DNA of 64,000 bases from an uncultured Acidobacteriota bacterium (GTDB lineage Bacteria > Acidobacteriota > Terriglobia > Acidiferrales > UBA7541): positions 311,747 to 375,746 of the forward strand of contig CAWDRE010000001.1 of the NCBI GenBank assembly GCA_963804655.1. Direction: 5' to 3'. The notes under the pieces were generated by a model that had not been told where the DNA came from, did no database searches, and saw only the letters and a list, made by a program, of their open reading frames with translations. The position numbers were made by a program, and so were the translations under genes. This document shows, piece by piece, positions 55,294-64,000 of this stretch (its first letter is position 1; the number at the start of each line of letters is the position of its first letter).

Positions 55294-55776
55294 CTATCTG
55301 CGGGAAACTGGCTTCAACCGCCTGGAAAACTCCTTCAACGGAGTGTCTGGCCACAGCGGCAGGCCGCACTTGGCAATGGGGACTGCCGGGTTGCCCTGGA
55401 CTAACGTCATCGCCGGTACCGGGCTTGTTACCACACTCCCTGCGGTAACCACCGCGCCGTCACCAATCTCCACGTCCGGAAGAATGATCACGCCCGGGCC
55501 GATGAAGGCTTGTTTCCCAATCCGTACGCCGCGGCGCGATTCCTTAAAATGTGCAATGACGATGACCCCGATTCCGATAAAGGCGCTGTCATCTATGGTT
55601 ATCAGATGAGGGTAGCTGGTCTCGAGAACTACATTGTAGCTAATCCAGACATTCCTTCCGATGGTTACGCCGCGAGCACGATGCAACAAAACGCGCAGAC
55701 TCTGACCGCCCGGCAATATCATAGTGAACATCTGAAGGATTCTGTTCAGGAATCCCCGAAGTGGATTCTCCTTCAT
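55294..55776 (-). CDS. left-handed beta-helix (hexapeptide repeat) acyl/acetyltransferase
   Basis: Hexapeptide runs: IGRNVWISYNVVL, IDDSAFIGIGVIVI, IGKQAFIGPGVIILPDVEIGDGAVVTAGSVV. ATGA overlap with the upstream ACP gene (55773-55776). Confidence 0.85.
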   Translation of the reverse strand: MKENPLRGFLNRILQMFTMILPGGQSLRVLLHRARGVTIGRNVWISYNVVLETSYPHLITIDDSAFIGIGVIVIAHFKESRRGVRIGKQAFIGPGVIILPDVEIGDGAVVTAGSVVTSPVPAMTLVQGNPAVPIAKCGLPLWPDTPLKEFSRRLKPVSRR

Positions 55777-56027
55777 TCGTTTCCTTGTAATATCTTGCCA
55801 CGTTGCAACAGGTACCGCTTCACAGAATCAAAGGTTTCTAGTTCCAACAACTCTTGCAGGTCAATCTGTACACCGAATTCTTCGTCCAGAACGGCCAGAA
55901 GGGTAACTCCTCGAAGCGAATCCCACCCGGCCATGGATTCGAATTTGGCAGTCCTAATCTCATCACGAGTTGCACCAGGTAAGGCTGATGCAAAGCAGCG
56001 CATCAAGCGATTGTCATCATCATTCAC
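55773..56027 (-). CDS. acyl carrier protein
   Basis: 84 aa with the phosphopantetheine-attachment context MAGWDSLRGVTLLAVLDEEFGVQI (DSL motif). Confidence 0.8.
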   Translation of the reverse strand: MNDDDNRLMRCFASALPGATRDEIRTAKFESMAGWDSLRGVTLLAVLDEEFGVQIDLQELLELETFDSVKRYLLQRGKILQGNE

Positions 56028-56131
56028 TGGTGGATACCTCCTCTACATGGTGCGGCAGTTTCGGCGCTTTCCTTTGGAAGGAAGACCTGGATAGCCGTGG
56101 ATTTAGTTCGACAGGGCCGTCCAACAATTGC

Positions 56132-57764
56132 TCAATAAATTCCATCAAGCGGGCCATTGCGCCCTGTTGCTTGCAGCTCGAAGACAATTTCAGCGACTGC
56201 AAATTTGTCAAACAGGTACTGCAGGCAATGAAACTCAATCCGACGCGAAAAGGCGCGGCAACTCATAACCCAGGATTCTACGACAAACTGCTGCGCCGAC
56301 AACTTTCCAATCAAGACAGCAATTCTCCCCAGCTTGCCGAATTTATCCTGATAAGAAACTGTGACCAAGTACGTCCGGGAATCCTGGAGAAGTCTCGACC
56401 AAGCCGCTTCATTATACCGATTGCCATTCAAATTAAATTGGTTGGTCTTGTTTATCAATTCAAATGCACGCACGTCTTCGTCCCGCTTACCCAACTGGAA
56501 CGTCAAGCGCCCATTCGCATTTTGCAGGAAGTCGTCCAGCGCGTTATCCTCTGCTGCTGTGCCTTCCCGAAATACGCTGGAGTCACGGATGCTCTGCAGT
56601 CGAAGAGAGTCTTCTTCAGAAATAGAATTTTTCCCGAAACGATTTCGCAGGTGACCCAACAGCTCCCACAAAGCAGGATAGTCGTCCTTCGGAAATACTA
56701 GACATTCCATCTCCGGAAAAGCGCCCTGCACTTCAGCGACTTCCATCGGGCTGTCATCGACAAACACCACAGTATCTGGCATGACATTCCATTTCTTTAG
56801 GATATATTCGACCGATTCCGACTTCCGCCTCCAGTTGGCTTCGATCGGGAAAATGTTCGTCTTTCGAAATGAGCAGATCATCTCGTTCGAAAGCCTGATC
56901 AACGAGGGCAGCGTCATTCTTACTAGCAGCGGCAATCAGGATCCCAGCACTGGCAAGAGAGGCCAGGAACTGCTGGTAAATCCCATGAAGCTGAGCATGC
57001 TCCTCAAGGTGCCAATGGATCCCTTCCACTCCCACTTCACCCAGGATGCCTGCCCACAACGTATCATCCAAATCAGTAATCAGCCCTTTCATAGGTTGAT
57101 GCCGACATATTAGCTTTGCCAAAAGCTCTCCAATCACGGAGGCATGAAAAGTCTTGTAGGGAAAACCCTGCGTGATCTCGGTTCGGAGGTCGAACCTCTT
57201 GGATAGGGGCGACACTTCATCTAGACGCTGCCCACTCACTACCAACACCTGGTGGCCAATAGATATGGCCTCGGCAAAGGTGGCGAGATTCCTGCGGAGC
57301 TTCAACTCGAAAACGCTGCTTTGTTGTGTACTGGTATAGAAGAGGGGAGGCAGTGGCAATGTAGGTAGACAAATAGAGGTGGGAAGGGTCAGCGCGATTC
57401 TCTGCAACGCACGCCTTAGTCTTTCGAGACTGTGGTTCGCGGACTCCACAATATCCGGCAACTGCTCAACGTGCCAACCGCCCAAAGATCGCAGACCCAG
57501 CCGCGAATCGAAATCTGACCATTCGATCACCACCGCAAGTGCGTCGTGCTCTTCGGGCCGCAACCGCTCCAAGGTCCCGGCCAAGTCACCGAACAAGCCC
57601 GAACTTAACTCGACTCGACAAGTCGGACAAAGATTGCTCAGATGCGCGGCGAGAAAGGTTTCCAGATGAAGGGGAGTGAAACCACAAGCCAATAAGACTC
57701 TCAGCGGACGCGCGTTCTTGTCGATCGGTTGTTTAAGACGTTCAAGCGCGTCAACCAGATTCAT
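56132..57764 (-). pseudogene. FkbH-like HAD-IIIC phosphatase/acyl-ACP loading enzyme, interrupted by a 1-nt frame shift
   Basis: ORF 56754-57764 carries GLITDLDDTLWAGILGE and ILIAAASKND. ORF 56132-56935 carries FPIEANWRRKSESV, VVFVDDSPMEVAEV and ELINKTNQFNLNGNRY. The frames meet at CAT TTT CC[C] G ATC GAA (56843-56855). Confidence 0.8.
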
Positions 57765-58049
57765 GCGCGATCTACCGTCCCGGAGACGCTCGATAGAAGC
57801 GCCCTTCCATCACCGCAAGCGGCCAATTCTCCTCCGTGTACTTTTCGGCAGCTTCCCACATCACTCACGCAAACATTGCGGTTTCTAGTGCGTGACTCCT
57901 TCGAGGGCGCGTTCTACCGATTCCCATCGCTCAAGCAAAAATCGTTCAAACTATGCAATCGGCTCCCAAGCCAGCGATAAAATGCGATAGCGGTCGAAAC
58001 CCAATTAGCCGAATCACAAGGTAACACAATCAGCGAATCTATCGGACTT

Positions 58050-58679
58050 CTACAACGGGTAGCGGCCACGTGCCCAAATAATCGAGCGATTGACCATCGA
58101 GAGAGGGAAGATGGTCGGGCGCACAAAATCAACGAAGAGCACCACGCGATAGGCATCATTGTCGTTCCAGACTTCATGCTCGTTGCTATCGTCGAAAATC
58201 ATACTCTTACCTTCCTTCCAGGCGCGCACGTCATTTCCAACGCGAATTCTGCTGCTTCCTTCAGGCTCTGGAATCATAAGTCCAAGGTGATAGCGCAGCA
58301 CCCCTTTATATGGCCCTCGGTGCGGAGCTATATACTTTCGAGGTGCCAGAATCGAGAACATCCCGCTCTTCATTCCCGGGATACAATGCAAGAGCCGGTC
58401 CGTCTCCGGACATTTTGCGCAGTTCTCCTTGTTCTTGTTGCCGAACGTGTAGAACATGAATGTCTTCCATTGGTCACCTTGAGTTAGTGCTCTCTGCGCC
58501 TTCGAAATGTCCTGGAAATTCGGAATCTGTTCGCGATGCACCATCAGCGCGTCCAACTCCTTACGGATAGTCTTCCATTCCGCCTCAATGCTAGCCACCC
58601 AAGGAAACTCCTCGGTCTCGAAAAAAGTCTTGTCCCCATCACGGTAGAACAGAACTTTCTCTACAATCTCTCGAACCAT
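58050..58679 (-). CDS. aspartyl/asparaginyl beta-hydroxylase family (cupin, 2-oxoglutarate/Fe(II) type) protein
   Basis: FPWVASIEAEWKTIRKELD, IAPHRGPYKGVLRYHLGL, WKEGKSMIFDDSNEHEVWN and RVVLFVDF. Confidence 0.85.
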   Translation of the reverse strand: MVREIVEKVLFYRDGDKTFFETEEFPWVASIEAEWKTIRKELDALMVHREQIPNFQDISKAQRALTQGDQWKTFMFYTFGNKNKENCAKCPETDRLLHCIPGMKSGMFSILAPRKYIAPHRGPYKGVLRYHLGLMIPEPEGSSRIRVGNDVRAWKEGKSMIFDDSNEHEVWNDNDAYRVVLFVDFVRPTIFPLSMVNRSIIWARGRYPL

Positions 58680-59093
58680 GTTCCCTCCTTTCAGCGCTCG
58701 GCGACATATCCTGCACTCGTCCCCCGAAATGATTATCAGAACTGTGGTAGCTCCATTTTGCTAGAGCGAAATAGCCATCGATAGGCATTCGGGTGCACGA
58801 TGCACATCTCGGGGACGCCGCAAAGTGGCTATTCTAGACCGATTAACCCGTTTTTGTCTGCCACCGAGGCCGCAGCTCTCTAAAACGAATTATCAACGTG
58901 GCTCGCCGTTGGAATCGGTCATGCTGATCGTCGCACGAAAAGTAGGACACCCCCGTAGGCGCTGCTGCCATGAAGCCATCGGTGACCCGTATCTATTGAA
59001 TTCCGGCGAGAAATCATTTCAAGATTTGCTCCCAAACCAAGTCGCGGCATGACTTGCCCTGGATCGAAAGGATCAAGAACGCGGCGGAGGACC

Positions 59094-60227
59094 TCATTTT
59101 CCCGGGGCTACGAGCGCAGAATCGCCGGTGACGTTATCCAGACGAATTGGCTTCGATTCGAAAAATCTCTTCAAGTTCAGAAACGGCTTTTCCAACAGAT
59201 TCCAGGAGAGCGCGGCTAGCGCAAAACTTGCGACGAAAATAATTGGGAGCGGCAAGTAGGGATTCCGGTCCAGGTGAAGAGTTTGCACGATGCCGAAAGG
59301 AATTTTGTGCAACAAGTAGAGCCCGTAGCTGATGGTCCCGGTATAAATCAGGAATCGGTTGTTCATCACCGCTTGGAGCCATTTTCGTTTCGAAAACATC
59401 GAAACGTAGATGAATGAGGCCGAGGCTAACGCAGTGAAGGAAAAAACAATCCATCTGGCATGATGGGCTTCCATTCCAAATGCCAGCGCTGCCGCCGCCA
59501 CAAGCAATATCCAGGCCCGTTTTAAGAATTTCGCAGCAACAAAATTCTCGGCCCGGACGAGCAGCGCCAGCAATGCTCCCGCCATCAGGCCGTCCAAGCG
59601 ACAAAACACATTTGTATAAAGGTCTACCCGATGCAGCGCCAGGTAATAGCGCAGCGCCGGAGAAATACATATCTCAGCAATTGCGATTCGCCGCAGCTGC
59701 GTGCGGGAACAGAATCGCACCACCAGCGGCCAAACCGCATAAAACTGCTCCTCAATGGCGAGCGACCAGGTGACACCCAACGGCCCCGCCGCGTTCGTTG
59801 AAACCGGAAGCAGGAAATTCTGCAGGAATAAGGGAAACGCCCACCAGGGCGACGAGGTCCGCAGCACGTCTTGGTATTCCGATCGATTCAGAAACCGGAC
59901 AACAACGAACATGAAGAAAATCAGCGAATAATAGAGAGGCCATATTCTGAGGCAGCGCCGAACGTAGAAATTCTTGAAATACCCCCCCGATTGCTTCGTA
60001 TTCAGGAGAATTCCGGTGATCAGAAATCCGGAAAGCACAAAAAAAAGATCGACGCCCATCCAGCCATCAGCAAATATCCGATCCAAATGAAACACCGGAT
60101 ACTTCGGACTAATGTTATGGAACATTACGATTAGAATCGCCACGCCGCGAACAGCATCGAGTTGAGGGATTCTTCGCTGCAATCTTTCACCTGCGTGGAG
60201 CGGCATGGTGCAATCGCCGTCCGCCAA
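59094..60227 (-). CDS. membrane acyltransferase family 3 (OafA/WecH-like O-acyltransferase)
   Basis: IPQLDAVRGVAILIVMFHN, GWMGVDLFFVLSGFLIT, WSLAIEEQFY and about 10 predicted TM helices. Confidence 0.85.
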   Translation of the reverse strand: MADGDCTMPLHAGERLQRRIPQLDAVRGVAILIVMFHNISPKYPVFHLDRIFADGWMGVDLFFVLSGFLITGILLNTKQSGGYFKNFYVRRCLRIWPLYYSLIFFMFVVVRFLNRSEYQDVLRTSSPWWAFPLFLQNFLLPVSTNAAGPLGVTWSLAIEEQFYAVWPLVVRFCSRTQLRRIAIAEICISPALRYYLALHRVDLYTNVFCRLDGLMAGALLALLVRAENFVAAKFLKRAWILLVAAAALAFGMEAHHARWIVFSFTALASASFIYVSMFSKRKWLQAVMNNRFLIYTGTISYGLYLLHKIPFGIVQTLHLDRNPYLPLPIIFVASFALAALSWNLLEKPFLNLKRFFESKPIRLDNVTGDSALVAPGK

Positions 60228-60329
60228 CTCGGCGTGATCCCGGCCGGCCCGCCGGCAATATCAACGCGTGGATCCCGCGAAGCGCGAGTACGCGGGGAGT
60301 ATAGTCGAGCACTCGAATATTGCCAGCCG

Positions 60330-60908
60330 TCAATGTGAAATCGGATTGACTGTCAGCCAATGCAGCACCTGACTGGCACTCTCGTTCGGAGGAAAAACCG
60401 GGTAAAACACTTTCTCAATTTTTCTCTCTCGAACAAGCAGCGTCAATCGTTTGACGAGCCGCGTGCCATCTACCAGAAATGTCGGCAGGCGCAAGGCATC
60501 GCACAGTTTGAAATCGGCGTCGCTCAGGACCTCAAATGGCACGCGGAGCCGACTGGTCATTTCCCGCTGATACTCGTGGGTCTGTGTGCTGCAACCGAAG
60601 ATCTCGACGTTTAGCGCCAACAGTTGCGCGTGCAGATCTCGAAAACCGCATGTCTGTGGAGTGCATCCGCGCGCTCCCGGGATTAAGTCCCATCCGTCTG
60701 GCAGCGGTTTTCCGGGCACTCCGGTCATTGGATAGAAGTACAGCACGGTTCTGGGTGCGCGGAGCTTTGAAACGTCAACCATCCTGCCGACCGTAGACAC
60801 CAGGGCGATTGCCGGCATAGACAAGCCGCCAAGATGATCGGCGGCCCCGTCATCAAGCGGCCGAGGCAGATCTGCTGGCAGAGGAAAGTCAGTGGGATTT
60901 GCCATCAA
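60330..60908 (-). CDS. peroxiredoxin-like (AhpC/TSA/redoxin fold) protein
   Basis: VLYFYPMTGVPG...GCTPQTCGFRD...VEIFGCSTQ. Confidence 0.72.
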   Translation of the reverse strand: MMANPTDFPLPADLPRPLDDGAADHLGGLSMPAIALVSTVGRMVDVSKLRAPRTVLYFYPMTGVPGKPLPDGWDLIPGARGCTPQTCGFRDLHAQLLALNVEIFGCSTQTHEYQREMTSRLRVPFEVLSDADFKLCDALRLPTFLVDGTRLVKRLTLLVRERKIEKVFYPVFPPNESASQVLHWLTVNPISH

Positions 60909-61346
60909 GGCGATTATGGCACGCGTCTCGTTTTTACGGATCAGCGCGGTTTTTCCCCGGCGTCAGTACGCGCGGACCATCGTATCCTGAATAATTCGTG
61001 GGCCAACGCTTTTCCCCGCCTACGCCGAGCAAATACCCAGAGCAGACGAGATGCCGTGCGTGCCGCCGGAATCACAGGTGTTCGTGAGCAAACGGTTGGC
61101 CCAGACGGAAAAGAATTTCCCCCAAAGCGGTTTCCGAATCAGGTACATCGCTCAAAGTAAAGGGTTTACACCAACCGCGGTAGGCAATAAGATTGCATCT
61201 TAGTGGGTGGCAACGTTTGCTCTTCAAGGCGAGCAAGCCATTGAACGGCCGATTCGCCAAATCGCGCTCGCAAATGATTGATGCGATTGAGGGTTACGGA
61301 GCTTGCCGTGGCGGCTTAAGAAAACAGAGGAGGTCGTTCTCTCGAT

Positions 61347-62588
61347 ATGTTGGATACCGCGATAGTTGGCGCTGGACCCTACGGACTCTCGATGGCTGCG
61401 CATTTCCGCAGTCGCGGAATCTCATTCCGAATCTTTGGCCGGCCCATGGATAGCTGGCTGGCGCACATGCCGAAAGGCATGATGCTCAAATCGGACGGTT
61501 TCGCGTCGAACATCTATGACCCCGACAGCAAATTTACTTTGAAGCAATTCTGCGCGGAGCGCCGCATCGCTTACGCGGACATGGGGACCCCCGTTCAGCT
61601 CAAGACCTTTGGAGATTACGGATTGGCCTTCCGCGATCGCATGGTTCCGGAACTCGAAGACAAATTGGTGGTCGCTGCCGAACGTTTGGCGGACGGGTTT
61701 GCTTTGCGACTGGATGACGGAGAAGTGGTGAAAGCTCGCCGGGTCGTGCTAGCCGTCGGAATTACGCATTTTGAATACGTACCAGAAAATCTGGCGCAGC
61801 TCCCTGCGGAATTTCTATCGCACAGCTACCGGCATCACGATCTCGAAGGCTTTGCAGGCCGCAGTATCGTTGTGCTGGGCGCCGGTTCATCGGCCATTGA
61901 TATGGCTGGACTGCTTCAGGACGCTGGCGCTGATGTCCAACTGGTAGCGCGCGCTACGTCATTGAAATTTCACACGGCACCGGAGCCGGGTAAGCGGCGG
62001 TCGTGGTGGCAGCGCGTCCGGCATCCGGATTCCGGACTGGGGCCTGGCATGCGGTCGCGATTCTTTTCCGATGCGGCTTCCCTGTTTCATTATTTGCCTG
62101 AGAGTTTGCGCGTTGACCTCGTCCGCAAGACACTGGGTCCATCCGCCGGGTGGTTCATGAAGGATAAGGTGATGGGGCGCGTGCCTCTCGTGCTGGGCTA
62201 CACGGTGGAGAGCGCTGAGATTGCAAACGGCAAGGTTCGCCTTCACCTTCGCGGTATAGACGGTTCCGAGCGCCAAATCGTAACCGACCACATTATCGCG
62301 GCAACTGGCTACAAAGTTGACATCAACCGGTTAGCGTTTCTGAGCCCGGAGATTCGCGCAACGCTCAAAACCGTCAATCGGACGCCAGTGCTTTCGTCAA
62401 CCTTCGAATCATCCGTTCCGGGTCTGTATTTCGTGGGCATTGCGGCAGCCAATAGCTTCGGCCCGGTCATGCGTTTCGCTTTCGGAGCTGGTTTCGCAGC
62501 AAAGCGCGTGACGCAGGCCATGACGAGGTTACTCGCGCGCAGCCGGGCGTCTGTTCCGGCTTCCAGCGTCGCAACCATCACGGATTGA
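61347..62588 (+). CDS. FAD/NAD(P)-binding oxidoreductase (flavin monooxygenase-like)
   Basis: Two dinucleotide-binding motifs: DTAIVGAGPYGLS and IVVLGAGSSAID. GGAGG Shine-Dalgarno 13 nt upstream. Confidence 0.75.
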   Translation: MLDTAIVGAGPYGLSMAAHFRSRGISFRIFGRPMDSWLAHMPKGMMLKSDGFASNIYDPDSKFTLKQFCAERRIAYADMGTPVQLKTFGDYGLAFRDRMVPELEDKLVVAAERLADGFALRLDDGEVVKARRVVLAVGITHFEYVPENLAQLPAEFLSHSYRHHDLEGFAGRSIVVLGAGSSAIDMAGLLQDAGADVQLVARATSLKFHTAPEPGKRRSWWQRVRHPDSGLGPGMRSRFFSDAASLFHYLPESLRVDLVRKTLGPSAGWFMKDKVMGRVPLVLGYTVESAEIANGKVRLHLRGIDGSERQIVTDHIIAATGYKVDINRLAFLSPEIRATLKTVNRTPVLSSTFESSVPGLYFVGIAAANSFGPVMRFAFGAGFAAKRVTQAMTRLLARSRASVPASSVATITD

Positions 62589-62695
62589 GCGAAGCGTGAC
62601 GCTCCAATGCCGTTGCTTCCCGGGCTATCGTTCACCACAAGCAGTGAGTGAAAGACTTTTCAGTCCGTGTTTGTCACGCCGAGGCCATTGAAGGC

Positions 62696-63973
62696 ATGAA
62701 GCTAGAAACGATTGCGATTCACGCGGGCTACGATGGTGATCCCACGACGAAAGCCGTCGCCGTGCCGATCTATCAGACCATCGCGTTCGAATTCGACAAT
62801 GCTGCCCATGGAGCGGCCTTATTCAACCTGGAAGTCCAAGGCAACATTTACACCCGCATCGGAAATCCGACCAACACGGTGCTCGAAAAGCGGGTTGCCG
62901 CGCTGGAGGGCGGGGTCGAAGCCCTGAGTGTGAGCTCGGGGATGGCAGCGATCCACTATTCGCTCATCAATATCGCGGAGATGGGCCACAACATTGTTTC
63001 TCTTCCCCAGCTCTACGGCGCCACCTACACGCTGCTGGCACATATCTTGCCCAAGCAAGGAATTGCGGGACGATTCGCAGAGAGTGATCATCCTGACGCC
63101 GTCGAAAAATTGATAGACGAAAATACTCGTGCGGTCTTTTGCGAAAGCGTTGGCAATCCAGCCGGCAACGTCGCGGACATCGAGGGACTGGCGCGAGTGG
63201 CGCACAAGCACGGCGTCCCACTGATCGTGGACAACACGGTGGCGACGCCGATCTTGTTGAGGCCAATTGAGTATGGCGCCGACGTCGTGGTGCACTCCAT
63301 GACGAAATTCATGGGAGGCCATGGCACGACGCTTGGCGGAATGATCGTAGATAGCGGGAAGTTCCCCTGGCGCGATCATCCCGAGCGCTTCTACATGCTG
63401 AACAAACCTGAAATCGCATATCACGGGGTGGTTTACACAGAACACTACGGAGCAGCGGCGTACGTGGCGCGTTGCCGCACGGTTGCCCAGCGTAATACCG
63501 GTGCTACGCTCTCACCCTTCAATGGGTTTCTGTTGCTTCAGGGAATCGAGACCATGGCGCTGCGCGTGGAGCGTCATGTGGAGAACGCCCGCAAAGTAGC
63601 GGAGTTTCTCCACAGTCATCCCCGCGTGGCTTGGGTCAATTACGCCGGATTTCCAGATAGTCCGCTGTATCCGATGGCGCAAAGGTATCTCGGCTCGCAG
63701 CGCTGCTCGTTATTGACCTTTGGCGTCAAGGGCGGCTTCGAGCAGGGCGTGAAATGTTTTGACGCGCTGCGTTTGTTCAAGCGGATGGTCAATATGGGCG
63801 ACGCGAAATCGTTGTCCTGTCACCCCGCATCCACAACCCACCGTCAACTGACGCCGGAAGAACAACAGAAGGCGGGCGTGACGCCTGAAATGATTCGGCT
63901 GAGCGTGGGCATCGAACACATTGACGACATCATCGCCGACTTGGCCCAGGCGCTCGAGAAGGCCACGAACTGA
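62696..63973 (+). CDS. metY: O-acetylhomoserine aminocarboxypropyltransferase / sulfhydrylase
   Basis: MKLETIAIHAGYD, PIYQTIAF, YTRIGNPT and SMTKFMGGHGT (PLP lysine). The ORF opens at 62648. Confidence 0.92.
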   Translation: MKLETIAIHAGYDGDPTTKAVAVPIYQTIAFEFDNAAHGAALFNLEVQGNIYTRIGNPTNTVLEKRVAALEGGVEALSVSSGMAAIHYSLINIAEMGHNIVSLPQLYGATYTLLAHILPKQGIAGRFAESDHPDAVEKLIDENTRAVFCESVGNPAGNVADIEGLARVAHKHGVPLIVDNTVATPILLRPIEYGADVVVHSMTKFMGGHGTTLGGMIVDSGKFPWRDHPERFYMLNKPEIAYHGVVYTEHYGAAAYVARCRTVAQRNTGATLSPFNGFLLLQGIETMALRVERHVENARKVAEFLHSHPRVAWVNYAGFPDSPLYPMAQRYLGSQRCSLLTFGVKGGFEQGVKCFDALRLFKRMVNMGDAKSLSCHPASTTHRQLTPEEQQKAGVTPEMIRLSVGIEHIDDIIADLAQALEKATN

Positions 63974-64000
63974 TTTCACCGAGACCGTAGAGCTCATCGG

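Noticed and set aside
60950-61140. Possible gene remnant (minus-strand peptide ...TCDSGGTHGISSALGI...) in the 438-bp spacer before the oxidoreductase gene
   Set aside because: It is a short fragment interrupted by stops in all frames, and I could not assign a family.
47382-61346. tRNA gene, integrase, transposase or direct repeats marking the borders of the AT-rich island
   Set aside because: I recognised none in the flanking spacers (47382-47696, 48804-48995, 60228-60329, 60909-61346). Island status therefore rests only on composition and gene content.
62589-62695. Possible SAM riboswitch or T-box upstream of metY
   Set aside because: The spacer is only about 60-110 nt, and I could not find the conserved SAM-I helices or kink-turn sequences.

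Overview
High-GC bacterial chromosomal window. Hand counts on a few sampled 60-nt lines give roughly 58-62 % G+C; no full computation was done. The protein repertoire looks Acidobacteriota-like, which is inference only. Bases 1-23.7 kb are a conserved housekeeping block: selA fragment, purH, ispE-prs-rplY-pth, rpsF-rpsR-rplI-dnaB, alr, a yacL-like PIN/TRAM gene with ispD-ispF-rlmB, apt, acyP and ada. Bases 23.7-33.6 kb are one co-directional minus-strand array. It holds ruvX-mltG, two unknown proteins, a 939-aa HEAT/PilZ protein and a Lol-like module (lipoprotein, FtsX permease, ABC ATPase, small membrane protein, LolA-like protein). Bases 35.6-41.3 kb hold a LuxR-type regulator behind a sigma-54-like promoter, then rfbABCD and an epimerase. 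Bases 41.9-48.8 kb hold two tandem giant repeat lipoproteins (choice-of-anchor-D/ASH-like units plus a C-terminal FN3) and a LamG-VanZ membrane protein. Bases 49-60.2 kb hold an aspartate kinase/ATP-grasp pair followed by a visibly AT-richer island. That island carries an FkbH-ACP-acyltransferase tailoring cassette and is the best candidate for an undescribed system here. Three genes are interrupted by single-base frame shifts at short homopolymers, so assembly error is a real alternative to pseudogenisation. I recognised no rRNA, tRNA, CRISPR array, transposase or integrase. Many long ORFs in the track are antisense shadow ORFs typical of high-GC DNA and were not called.
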